Shown one piece after another: positions 8,953 through 18,143 of a stretch of 64,000 nt of DNA (position 1 is the stretch's first letter; every line of letters starts with the position of its first letter). The position numbers and the translations under genes were made by a program. The stretch spans positions 96,001 through 160,000 of the forward strand of contig CBDDTI010000295.1 of NCBI GenBank assembly GCA_965233585.1, read 5' to 3'. Below the pieces are notes generated by a model that saw nothing but the letters and a program-made list of their open reading frames with translations, made no database searches and was not told the DNA's origin. This stretch comes from a bacterium (GTDB lineage: Bacteria > SAR324 > NAC60-12).

Positions 8953-9881
8953 GTTTCTATGGAAGAGGCAAAAGAGTCCATTATTTAATAAGGTTTTGGA
9001 TTTGTTGTTGAGAGAGTCCAGTGATAGATTGAATCAAATCCATCTCCAATCCTTGAGCAAGCATCTTTTGAGCAATGTCAAGTTTCTCTTCTTGTCGCCC
9101 TTCTTCTCTTCCCTCTTCTCTTCCTTCTTGCTTTCCTTTCTTCTCACCTAACTCAATAGAGCTTTTTTGAATGGCAACAAACTCTTTTCTTTTGTGATGG
9201 AGTTCTAACTCTTCAGCTGTCATACCTGCTTCATTGACAATTTCTAAAGCCTTTTGGACAGAAGGATTGAAGGAATCAGGCACAAGATCAAACTCTTCAG
9301 CATGCTTGACAAAATAAATCCACTGATCTTGGAGTTCCTGTAAGTCTTCAAAGTTTTTTTGAAACTTGGGAAGTTCAATAAAGACCAATTCAATCTCCCC
9401 TGAATATTCAGTAAGCTGTTCTTTTTCCAATAACCTGAAACAGTTGATGAGTTTGTCAGTGTTATCAAACATGACAAAATCCACCACACTGACAGCAATG
9501 ACAGGCTTGAGCAAGTGATACTGACTTCCTGTAACCAACTGCATAGAATACTTTTTACAAGCATTGTAGAGGACTCGTTTCTCAAAGCCATCATGGTTGA
9601 TGACTTGCATCTCAATCATCACCTGCTCACCTGTGCTTAATGTGGCTTTGACATCTACATAGCTGTCTTTCATACCTTTGAGCAAAGGCGGATTGTAAGG
9701 GTCTTGAATCGTCAAATCTTCAATCTTTTCATCATTTTGAAAAGTTAAAATAGAATTGAGGAAGCTGAGCAGAAGGTCTTGGTGCTTGGCATTACCAAAG
9801 ACCATCTTGAAAGCATAATCTGTTTTGACATCTAAAAAACGCATCACGTTTCTATGGAAGAGGCAAAAGAGTTCATTATTT
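8093..9881. repeat. Near-identical tandem duplication with an 895-bp unit
   Basis: 8093-8987 and 8988-9881 align at an offset of 895 with only scattered substitutions. Confidence 0.95.
8981..9847 (-). CDS. Rpn family recombination-promoting nuclease / PD-(D/E)XK nuclease, copy 1
   Basis: Same motifs as copy 2; differs by only a few residues. Confidence 0.92.
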   Translation of the reverse strand: MMRFLDVKTDYAFKMVFGNAKHQDLLLSFLNSILTFQNDEKIEDLTIQDPYNPPLLKGMKDSYVDVKATLSTGEQVMIEMQVINHDGFEKRVLYNACKKYSMQLVTGSQYHLLKPVIAVSVVDFVMFDNTDKLINCFRLLEKEQLTEYSGEIELVFIELPKFQKNFEDLQELQDQWIYFVKHAEEFDLVPDSFNPSVQKALEIVNEAGMTAEELELHHKRKEFVAIQKSSIELGEKKGKQEGREEGREEGRQEEKLDIAQKMLAQGLEMDLIQSITGLSQQQIQNLIK

Positions 9882-9903
9882 AGTAGAGAATAGAATCTGT
9901 CAA
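9875..9903 (-). promoter_or_regulatory. Putative sigma70 promoter of Rpn copy 1
   Basis: TTGACA-N17-AATAAT on the minus strand. Confidence 0.45.
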
Positions 9904-9993
9904 GACTTTGGTGGCTAGAGAAAGCCTCTTAAAAGACATCAGAAACTCAACCAAACAGGATATTTTTCTCCTGACCCTATCCCTCGCTTCACT

Positions 9994-10335
9994 CTAAAAA
10001 TGAGCAGGGGATTTGTCCCGCCTGCCATATTTGGTAAAATAGGCATCTTCTATCCAGACCACTTTCTGAATTTTATTGAGAGTATAGACAATTTTCAGGC
10101 AGTCGCAAGAAAGCTCCTCAATGTGAACCATTTCATAGCCCCCCATGGACAAAGTATTCGTTTTCGTCAGCAAGCCGACATTTTTATTGACTTGAGGCTC
10201 CCACCGATCCACAAAAAGATTAATCGCTTCTACTAGCTTTAATACTTCTGGTTTGTGAGATGGCTTTTTGTATTTTTTGAGGATATTCAATTTAAAATCC
10301 TCTGAAATTTTAATGGCACTGTAACTAACTGACAT
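9994..10335 (-). CDS. Small basic protein, possible divergent RelE/ParE-fold toxin
   Basis: 113 aa; N-terminal IKISEDF and C-terminal LKIVYTLNKIQKVVWIED resemble RelE-superfamily beta strands. Overlaps the upstream small gene. Confidence 0.45.
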   Translation of the reverse strand: MSVSYSAIKISEDFKLNILKKYKKPSHKPEVLKLVEAINLFVDRWEPQVNKNVGLLTKTNTLSMGGYEMVHIEELSCDCLKIVYTLNKIQKVVWIEDAYFTKYGRRDKSPAHF

Positions 10336-10714
10336 CTGACTCCTCCAATTTTTCTAGTAATTCTTTCACAGTCACTCCCGTCCTTCCCACAGTATTGTCA
10401 ATAAGATGTATTTTTCTGCAGAAATCAGGATCTGCATCAAAATATTCTCCTCTTTCTTTTGCGGCTAAATCTTCTTCAAAAGACAAAAGTTCAAAATGTT
10501 CTTGTTGCTTGGTTTGACTATTCTGACTCAAAGTGCCTCGCAATAAACGCCATTCATGTTTCGTCAACTGATGGTGTTGTTCCTGTGAAACGGGGCTTTT
10601 AATTTCAAGACCTGTACACAACATGAAAGTGACTTCAGACCCTTCTCCTGTCACACTAACAATTTTGGCAGGACTGATGATCTGTTTTTGTTGAGATTTT
10701 TGACAGACTGACAT
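10325..10714 (-). CDS. Hypothetical protein, possible antitoxin partner
   Basis: 129 aa with an acidic C-terminal half ending TVKELLEKLEE. Its stop overlaps the start of the next gene. Confidence 0.4.
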   Translation of the reverse strand: MSVCQKSQQKQIISPAKIVSVTGEGSEVTFMLCTGLEIKSPVSQEQHHQLTKHEWRLLRGTLSQNSQTKQQEHFELLSFEEDLAAKERGEYFDADPDFCRKIHLIDNTVGRTGVTVKELLEKLEESDVS

Positions 10715-10898
10715 AGCAATTTAACTCCTTGAAAATGATGACGTTAGTTTTGGCTTTGACCTTCTTAAAATGAAAGATGCTTATCCAAAATAAAGTATTA
10801 ATGATACAAACAAAATTGATTTTTGTAAAGAAACATACAAAATATTTTATCAATATCCTATTTTTCCATTCAAAAATCAATCTTTTCTGTTGTTTTTA

Positions 10899-12290
10899 TT
10901 ACTCTGTGACTAAATCTTCAGGGTGCTGGCTGGCGGCGCAGCGGAATCCCACGTCATCGTTTGCATTGATGGGAGAGTCATCTCCACGCATGGAAGAACG
11001 TAGGTATTCCAAAGGACTACTCCATGAACCCCCACGCAACACACGGTATTTGCCATGTTCTGCACCTTGCGGATTTGTCAAACGTCTCGCAGGATACGCC
11101 CCGTACCAGTCATACACCCACTCCCAGACGTTGCCGTGCATGTCATAAAGCTGATAGCGATTTGGTAATTTATCTGCAATCAGATGAGGTTGCCTGTTTG
11201 AGTTTTGGTTATACCAAGCATATTCATCTGCACGTTGTTTTTGAAAGCTGTAAGAATCAAGACCTCCTGCACGTGCAACTTTTTCCCATTCTGCTTCTGA
11301 AGGCAGTCTTTTATTGATGGCTTGGCAGTAATACCGTGCGGCATACCACGTGACATAGACAACAGGATAATTACTGCGGTTGATGGGAGAGGTTAAGTCA
11401 CCCACCCAGTTTTGCAAGTAGTTTCCGTTGTGAAATTCTTGGGGAAACGAGCTTTTACGCAAGTAAGGGTCTTTGATGAGATATTTGAGATAATCAATAT
11501 TGCTCACTTCACAGCGGTCAATCCAAAACTCATCTAATTCCACAGCATGAGGCACTTTTTCGTCATCTCGCCCATCTGAAGAACCCATGATAAACACACC
11601 TTTTGGAATCAAAACCATGCCTTTTCTGACGGTCATACCCCCTATTTGCCCAGTTGCCACACATGGAGAATTGGGCAGGTCTTCAATGATTGTTTCTACA
11701 ACCGCTTCCTCAGGAAAAAGTTTTTTGTCAAGATTGGTCAGAATGTGCCGATACAATTCCCTTAAATTATGCTGATTGCCAACTAGACGACCAATCAAAT
11801 TGACTTCATACCGTCCACAAGAAGAACGACTTTTCAGACAACGCAATTTACGATGAATCCATTTTCTCAAAGCCTTTCTAGCCTTCTTCACCTCCACTTC
11901 ACGCAACAAAAATGCCTCGTGCCGAAAATAAGTTTTTTCAAAAATGTCTAAGGTAGAAACCCCTTGTTTAGCAGTGTCTATGATGGTGTCATATTTTTGA
12001 CAGAACTCTTGTTGACTGACAGGCACAGGCTTTTGTTGATTGCGTCTCAACGAACAAGATCTGGTGTCTGAACGACTTTTGATTCTCAAAGACTCTTTTA
12101 AAATTTCATAACGCATGTTGGAAATGACGTGCAGCAGCGGATAAGTTTCTCCACGACCTAACGCCTCTACAAATGCTTGGATCGCTTGCTCTGCAAATCG
12201 GTCTGAAAGCTCACGGAACAAGCTCTTTTGCTGTCCATAAACCAAAGATGCCCAAAGCACAAAGGCAATGATTAAAAATGATTGTCTCAC
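10899..12290 (-). CDS. Formylglycine-generating enzyme (SUMF1/FGE-sulfatase) domain protein with signal peptide
   Basis: F.MGS, F.ID..EV.N..Y, PV..V.W..A..YC, RLPSEAEWE..AR, LYDMHGNVWEW, RVLRGGSW and GFRCA motifs. Confidence 0.9.
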   Translation of the reverse strand: MRQSFLIIAFVLWASLVYGQQKSLFRELSDRFAEQAIQAFVEALGRGETYPLLHVISNMRYEILKESLRIKSRSDTRSCSLRRNQQKPVPVSQQEFCQKYDTIIDTAKQGVSTLDIFEKTYFRHEAFLLREVEVKKARKALRKWIHRKLRCLKSRSSCGRYEVNLIGRLVGNQHNLRELYRHILTNLDKKLFPEEAVVETIIEDLPNSPCVATGQIGGMTVRKGMVLIPKGVFIMGSSDGRDDEKVPHAVELDEFWIDRCEVSNIDYLKYLIKDPYLRKSSFPQEFHNGNYLQNWVGDLTSPINRSNYPVVYVTWYAARYYCQAINKRLPSEAEWEKVARAGGLDSYSFQKQRADEYAWYNQNSNRQPHLIADKLPNRYQLYDMHGNVWEWVYDWYGAYPARRLTNPQGAEHGKYRVLRGGSWSSPLEYLRSSMRGDDSPINANDDVGFRCAASQHPEDLVTE

Positions 12291-12964
12291 TTTTGTTGAT
12301 TCAGTCTTGTCATTAAAGGGTCTTCTATACCTGCCTCCTCAAAACCTTGTTGACGCAAAAGACAAGAGGGGCAATTCATACAAGGTGGAATCATACCTTG
12401 ATAGCAAGTGTGGCTGTGAGCCAACGCCTCCATTGCCCCACATTCTACACCAAGTTTCACAGTACCCGCTTTACTCATGTCCATCAAAGGAGTTTGAATG
12501 GAAACAGGAGAGTCCAACCCAAGAGAAATAGCAGTCTCAAGAGCTTTGATGGTGTCCTCACGGCAATCTGGATAGTTGCCACAATCAGCTTGGCTGACAC
12601 CTGTGACAATGGTGTTGCATTGATTTTGATAAGCAAATGCTGCGGCAAAAGACAAGAAGATTAAATTTCTGGCAGGAACAAAAGTGTTGGGGATTTCACC
12701 ATCTGCCACAGATTCTGGAATGTTCATGGAAGCATCAATCAATGAATTGCCTGACAGCTTTTCAAAGGTATTGATTGGCAAAATGACATGAGGGACTTGA
12801 GCCAACCCAGCTACTTTGTTGGCACAATTCAGCTCAATACGATGCCTTTGCCCATAATCAAAGGTCAATGCTATCACTTCTTCATACTCCCTTTTTGCCC
12901 AATAAAGACAAGTTGTAGAGTCTTGACCCCCTGAAAAAACAACAATCGCTTTTTCCTTTTTCAT
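12287..12964 (-). CDS. queC: 7-cyano-7-deazaguanine synthase
   Basis: SGGQDSTT, TFVPARN, YPDCR and the C-terminal Cys cluster. Confidence 0.95.
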   Translation of the reverse strand: MKKEKAIVVFSGGQDSTTCLYWAKREYEEVIALTFDYGQRHRIELNCANKVAGLAQVPHVILPINTFEKLSGNSLIDASMNIPESVADGEIPNTFVPARNLIFLSFAAAFAYQNQCNTIVTGVSQADCGNYPDCREDTIKALETAISLGLDSPVSIQTPLMDMSKAGTVKLGVECGAMEALAHSHTCYQGMIPPCMNCPSCLLRQQGFEEAGIEDPLMTRLNQQK

Positions 12965-13105
12965 AATTTCACTTTAATAAAGTTGATTTCAAATTTTTAA
13001 GTCCATTTGTTCCTCACCTCCCAGCCCGAACTGTCAAATTTTGAACGTGCGAAACAAGCATCTATTTTCTCAAAATTGATTTGATTTGAAAGTATTAGTC
13101 TATTT

Positions 13106-13828
13106 TCAAGAAAGCCTTTTGCCAAGACTGAGGAACACTTTTGAAGGATCTCGCAGGTCTATTTTGGCATGTTGACGATTGGCTTGCTTTAAAATCTGCA
13201 CTCCCACTTGTTGCAACTGTTTGATCTTCTTCGGATAATCACCCAAACCAAGAGACACCTCCACGACAGGATAAATGAGTTTGACATTCGTTTGGTCAGA
13301 AAGGTCAATCGTGGTGTTTTGCCACTCTGGAGCATCGTTTTTTAGAGACTTGATAATTTGCTGAATCTTCTGAAAGGTCTTTTTTTGGGGCATTTGCGTT
13401 TTTCCACCTTTGACAATGATAGGCAAGACACTTGGGTCACCTTTGTCAAGAATGGCAAGAAGTTTTGAGTTTTCATCTAAGACATGAAATTCATCTTGAA
13501 ACTTCCAAACCACAAAAGGTTGATTTTCCTCAACAATCACATAGACTCTATCAGGGTAAATTTTCCTGACCACAACTTGTTTGAAAGTGGCGTATTGAAA
13601 ATGAGACAAAAGTTCTAAAGGGTTGACATCATTCCAAACGTCTCCTAATTCCAACATTTTTAAAATGTGCTGGGCTGAAAAAGTTTGATTCCCACTTACA
13701 GTAACTTGAGCCACAGGTGCAGGTTCTTTTGTGAAGAGATACCTCATGCCCCCAAACAACATTCCCAAACAAGTGATGGCAACAATCATCATCAACGCCG
13801 CATGAATGACCTTGGGCATTCGTGTCAC
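13106..13828 (-). CDS. ftsQ: Cell division protein FtsQ/DivIB
   Basis: N-terminal TM, POTRA-like V.VSGN...V.KIYPD.V.V.V.E, C-terminal IDLR; follows murB. Confidence 0.75.
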   Translation of the reverse strand: MTRMPKVIHAALMMIVAITCLGMLFGGMRYLFTKEPAPVAQVTVSGNQTFSAQHILKMLELGDVWNDVNPLELLSHFQYATFKQVVVRKIYPDRVYVIVEENQPFVVWKFQDEFHVLDENSKLLAILDKGDPSVLPIIVKGGKTQMPQKKTFQKIQQIIKSLKNDAPEWQNTTIDLSDQTNVKLIYPVVEVSLGLGDYPKKIKQLQQVGVQILKQANRQHAKIDLRDPSKVFLSLGKRLS

Positions 13829-14736
13829 TTTTGCCTCAACACTTTGGCTTCTAACTCCAACTGCACCCCATGTTCTTTCATCACTTTTTCTTGGGACATT
13901 TCAATCAATTTTAAAATATCGCTTGCGGTGGCTTGACCATGATTGACAATGAAGTTTGCATGCTTCTCGCTGATTTGTGCCTGACCGTTAGAGACTCCCT
14001 TCAAACCCACTGACTCAATCAACTGCCCAGCAGGTGCAACTGATGGATTTTTAAAGACAGACCCACAGCTTGGCATTTGTAGGGGTTGTCTGGCTTGCCT
14101 GAAGGCAGAATGCTTGTCTAAAAGAGATTTGACTCGTCTCACTGATGAATGTTGAAGTTGGAACAATGCCCCCGCAATCACCCCTTTCCCAGCCACCGAC
14201 GAAAAACGATAGCTAAAACTCAAATCTTCTGCTTTGGACTCGTGATACTTTCCTTGCCAATCTACCCAATCAATCTGTTTGAGGAAAAGGCACGTCTCGC
14301 TCCCGTATGCCCCTGCATTCATCGCCACTGCACCACCAATCGTTCCGGGAATTGATGCTAAAAACTCAATCCCCCCCTTGTTCCATGAAGAACATCTTTT
14401 GACGAATGTTGTATTCAAAACTGCTGAACCCGTATAGGCTTCTAGCCCTTCAAGGTTTTTCTTTTCTCTAAAAGACCCAGACAAATGCAAAACCACTCCT
14501 TGCCAATAACTCTCTGCTAAAATCAAGTTGGAACCTCTGCCTAAAACAAAAAATGGAATTTGAAACTCTTGAAGGACAGGTAAAATGACCTGTAAATCTT
14601 GCACACAACATGGCTCAATCAAACACTCTGCAATAGAGTCAAGCCTCAATGTATTGAATCGTTGCAGGGAATAATCCCAGTGGATTAAAGACGGGTCTAT
14701 CTTTTGGGGCAAGATTTTTTTCCAACTTAAAGACAT
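13825..14736 (-). CDS. murB: UDP-N-acetylenolpyruvoylglucosamine reductase
   Basis: LGRGSNL, IPGTIGGAVAMNAGAYG, GSVFKNP and HANFIVN motifs. Confidence 0.95.
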   Translation of the reverse strand: MSLSWKKILPQKIDPSLIHWDYSLQRFNTLRLDSIAECLIEPCCVQDLQVILPVLQEFQIPFFVLGRGSNLILAESYWQGVVLHLSGSFREKKNLEGLEAYTGSAVLNTTFVKRCSSWNKGGIEFLASIPGTIGGAVAMNAGAYGSETCLFLKQIDWVDWQGKYHESKAEDLSFSYRFSSVAGKGVIAGALFQLQHSSVRRVKSLLDKHSAFRQARQPLQMPSCGSVFKNPSVAPAGQLIESVGLKGVSNGQAQISEKHANFIVNHGQATASDILKLIEMSQEKVMKEHGVQLELEAKVLRQK

Positions 14737-14739
14737 GTT

Positions 14740-15078
14740 TTATTCAACAGAAACTGGAATTTGAGAAAAAATAGAATAAAGCTCTTCAAGGCAATAATAT
14801 TTGCGAGCTTCAGGATGAAAGATGTGAAGCATGCACTCATGGTAATCCATGACAACCCATGAGCCTTCAGCAAGCCCTTCAATGGCAGACGCACGATGCC
14901 CTTGCTTTTTCATCTCCATTTCCACACGGTCTGCAATCCCTCTTACATGGGCTTGGGAATGACCTTGACAGACCACAAAATAATCTGTCATCAACGACTT
15001 GCCTTGTGTGTCAAAACAAATAACCTCTTGTGCCTTAGCCTCAGACAACGTAGAGATGATTTTTTGAGTAAATGTCAT
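14740..15078 (-). CDS. rsfS: Ribosome silencing factor (Iojap)
   Basis: KA..V...D, DYFVVC.G.S..HV, EG....WV.MD, HIF....R.YY.LE.L motifs. Confidence 0.92.
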   Translation of the reverse strand: MTFTQKIISTLSEAKAQEVICFDTQGKSLMTDYFVVCQGHSQAHVRGIADRVEMEMKKQGHRASAIEGLAEGSWVVMDYHECMLHIFHPEARKYYCLEELYSIFSQIPVSVE

Positions 15079-15546
15079 TTATCCTTTGAAAAAAACTAAA
15101 TTCTCCAGTGTAGCACGATTCGGCTTCAAAAGTCGCTCAATGCAAAATTTGTGAAAACAAAAAACTTTTTCCTCTGCTTTGCTAGTATCACAAAACTCAT
15201 CAATAGCTCTTCGCCTCTCAATCATCTTGAATTAGAGGAAGAAATAGATATACACTAATAGCCGATTTTCAAAAAAATGAATGAGGTTGAAAAATCCTCA
15301 AGAAAAGCATTTTAAACGAGCTTGACACCATTCCCACATCACATGCACTTACCCATTGGAGAACTTGTAACAATTCTTATTTTTACGCCATTTTTGATTT
15401 AAAAAGTCAAAAATTTCAAGGAATGATAAGCTACTTACGGGTTCAAGAAGAGGCAGTCATTGGAATAGGGAATGTGATTTTTCAGATTAATCAAATAGGA
15501 ATGTCAAAAAGCAGCAATTCACTTACGAAACCAGAAGGAAAACATT

Positions 15547-16215
15547 ATGACAGCACATTTACAACGAGAGATAGAACAACTCAATCAGCAAGTGATGAAA
15601 CTAGGAGGTTCAGTTAAAAATTGCTTACAGATGGCATTGCAAGCATTGAAAGAACAAGACACAGCACTAGCACAAGAAACAATCGCTTATGATCTTGAGA
15701 TTGACAAAGCAGAAATTGCCCTTGAGGAAGAATGCTTGAAAATCTTTGCACTGTATCAGCCTGTTGCAGTAGATTTGCGATATTTGGTCTCTGTCCTAAA
15801 AATCAATAACGACTTGGAGAGGATTGCAGACTTAGCCGTAGATATTGCCAAATGTGTCTTGAAACTAGGTCATAGGAATTGGGAAGAAACCTTTGACTTT
15901 GCAGAAATGGGCAAGTCTGCTCAGCACTCTTTAGACTTGGCGCTAGAAGCCTTGATTGAGTCAGACACAGCGAAGGCAACCCTTGTCTGTGAAGAAGAAG
16001 ACCGCCTTGACAACTTCAATAAACAAGTAGAAAAGCAACTGTTGCAAGGTATCAAAGACAGACCTCACAACCTCGTTTACTTTCTGAACTTTCGGTCTAT
16101 GGGCAAATGTTTAGAAAGGATTGGAGACCACACCAAAAAAATTGCTGAAGATGTCGTCTATATGGTAGATTCCAAAATCATTAGACACCACCACAAGTTA
16201 GGAAAAAAAGAATGA
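15547..16215 (+). CDS. phoU: Phosphate signalling protein PhoU
   Basis: QPVAVDLR, DLERIADLA and LERIGDH...IAE motifs. Confidence 0.95.
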   Translation: MTAHLQREIEQLNQQVMKLGGSVKNCLQMALQALKEQDTALAQETIAYDLEIDKAEIALEEECLKIFALYQPVAVDLRYLVSVLKINNDLERIADLAVDIAKCVLKLGHRNWEETFDFAEMGKSAQHSLDLALEALIESDTAKATLVCEEEDRLDNFNKQVEKQLLQGIKDRPHNLVYFLNFRSMGKCLERIGDHTKKIAEDVVYMVDSKIIRHHHKLGKKE

Positions 16216-16304
16216 CACGCAAAGCCTTTAAGAAGTCTCTGATAACATATAAAATACCCTGTTCTAACTTTTGAAAAATAAACCCAATCTGATTTAGGAA
16301 TGCC

Positions 16305-17162
16305 ATGAAATATGCTTACCATGATCACAACTTTTTATTGGGTGCAGACACAGAAATTTTGCGAAACCTTGCCAACTCCCTTTATCCCCAATATTTGCAA
16401 AGACTCTATCAAGAAGGCAAGACCATTCAACCTGCCCCACTTCCTGTTCTTGATGCCGATTTTGTAGAAAGTAGTGAAGCTCTTTGGTTCCGCGTCTTGT
16501 CTGAAGTCATGTATGCAGAATTAAGTCAAAATCAAGAAGGAATTTTGCACACATTGCTCATGTTTGGCAGTGCCAGAATTGGCAACCAAGATTGGCACTC
16601 TGAAATCCCAGAAGTCAAAGACTCACTTGATGCAGCCAGACAAATTGCCAAGGAGTTTACTCAGTGGAGTCTTGAGCAGTCTCCAAACTCCAAGCAAGCC
16701 TTTGCGGTTTGCACAGGTGGGGGCGGAGGCATCATGGAAGCAGGCAATCAGGGGGCGCATGAGGCAGGCGGTGTTTCTCTTGGAATGAATATCATTCTGC
16801 CCTTTGAACAAGAACACAATCCCTACATTACAGAACATTTTGTTTTTAACTTCCGCTATTTCTTCACAAGAAAGTTTCATTTTTTAAGGCGTGGCAAAGC
16901 CATGATTGTTTTCCCCGGTGGATTTGGCAGTTTTGATGAGCTTTTTGAATCGTTAACACTCATTCAAACCAAAAAAATTGAACCCATTCCCATCATTCTT
17001 TTTCATACAAAATTTTGGAAAGATGTTGTCCAGTTAGAAAAACTTCTTGAATACGGAACGCTTAGTCAGGAAGATTTGGATTTATTCCGCTATGAAGATT
17101 CTGTTGAAAATGTGCTTGAATTAATCAAGGCAGAGTTTTCTCAATTCATACCTTCTTCTTAA
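16305..17162 (+). CDS. LOG family (TIGR00730-like) nucleotide monophosphate nucleosidase
   Basis: FGSAR, TGGGGGIMEAGN, F.YFFTRK and PGGFGSFDE motifs. Confidence 0.88.
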   Translation: MKYAYHDHNFLLGADTEILRNLANSLYPQYLQRLYQEGKTIQPAPLPVLDADFVESSEALWFRVLSEVMYAELSQNQEGILHTLLMFGSARIGNQDWHSEIPEVKDSLDAARQIAKEFTQWSLEQSPNSKQAFAVCTGGGGGIMEAGNQGAHEAGGVSLGMNIILPFEQEHNPYITEHFVFNFRYFFTRKFHFLRRGKAMIVFPGGFGSFDELFESLTLIQTKKIEPIPIILFHTKFWKDVVQLEKLLEYGTLSQEDLDLFRYEDSVENVLELIKAEFSQFIPSS

Positions 17163-17186
17163 CCTTCAAAATAGAACTCAACAACT

Positions 17187-18143
17187 ATGGTCAAGTTTCT
17201 GCTTTTCTTTGTTGCATTTTCCTTTTCTTCTATCATCACTTTTGCTTCTCAACCTGAAAATTTAATTCTTGGCAAACATGCTCAAACCGTCTTACTTGCA
17301 GACAAATCAGGGTGTCGCTTGTCTGTCTTCCAATACAATCAAGACCAAACTCAGTTTGAAAAAATCAAATCATATGTTTGTGAAAGTGGAAAACGTTCAG
17401 GCGATAAAAAAATAGAAGGAGATGAGCGCACCCCAACAGGTGTTTATTTTTTGCAAAGGGCATGGACAGGTCGCACCTTAAAAAGCAAATATGGTAAATA
17501 TGCAGATGTTTATGGCTCTGGTGCATTTGAAATGAGCTATCCAAACTATTTAGACCGCTATGTTTTGAACAATGGAGGGTCAGGAATCTGGTTGCATGGG
17601 ACAATAGAAGTCCGCCCAAAAGCCACAAGAGGTTGCATTTCTTTGGGCAATGACCACTTATTAGATGTCGGGCAGTACATTTCTCTACGTCAGACACAAA
17701 TTGTGGTTTCTGATTCTGTCAAAGAGATTTCAGATGAACAAATGCAAAGCCTTCGTCAAGGATTACTTGCCTTCTTAGAATCATGGCGTAGCACATGGGA
17801 GTCTGGCACAACACAAGACTATTTGAAGCATTACTCAGCAGATTTTAAAAATGCAGGGTTTGACTTTCAACAATGGCAGGGCTATAAAACCAAAATCAAC
17901 GCACGCAATCAAAATAGAAAAATTGGGGTTTCAGAAACTGTCATCTTCAAGGCAAAAAATATTTTTCATATCCAATTCAAACAAGACTATCAATCTTCTC
18001 ACACGAATCAAGTTGGTTATAAGACACTTTACGTCAAGGAAGAAGATGGTCGTTATCTCATTTTAAGTGAAGAATGGGCGCCACTGAATCAGCACCAATC
18101 TGCCCAACATGATGTTTTGCCAAGCCCAAACTCTTCAACATGA
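17187..18143 (+). CDS. L,D-transpeptidase/carboxypeptidase (YkuD domain plus NTF2-like C-terminal domain, Csd6-like)
   Basis: GDK..EGD.RTP.GVY, GSGIWLHG...TRGC and a C-terminal W...WE...YL..YS..F domain. Confidence 0.85.
   Translation: MVKFLLFFVAFSFSSIITFASQPENLILGKHAQTVLLADKSGCRLSVFQYNQDQTQFEKIKSYVCESGKRSGDKKIEGDERTPTGVYFLQRAWTGRTLKSKYGKYADVYGSGAFEMSYPNYLDRYVLNNGGSGIWLHGTIEVRPKATRGCISLGNDHLLDVGQYISLRQTQIVVSDSVKEISDEQMQSLRQGLLAFLESWRSTWESGTTQDYLKHYSADFKNAGFDFQQWQGYKTKINARNQNRKIGVSETVIFKAKNIFHIQFKQDYQSSHTNQVGYKTLYVKEEDGRYLILSEEWAPLNQHQSAQHDVLPSPNSST

Noticed and set aside
12965..13105. preQ1 riboswitch upstream of queC
   Set aside because: I could not find the preQ1-I stem-loop plus A-rich tail pattern. 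An Infernal/Rfam scan would settle it.
15080..15546. Pho boxes or a small gene (15423..15617) upstream of phoU
   Set aside because: No convincing 11-bp-spaced direct repeat. The ORF overlaps phoU out of frame and has no recognisable features.
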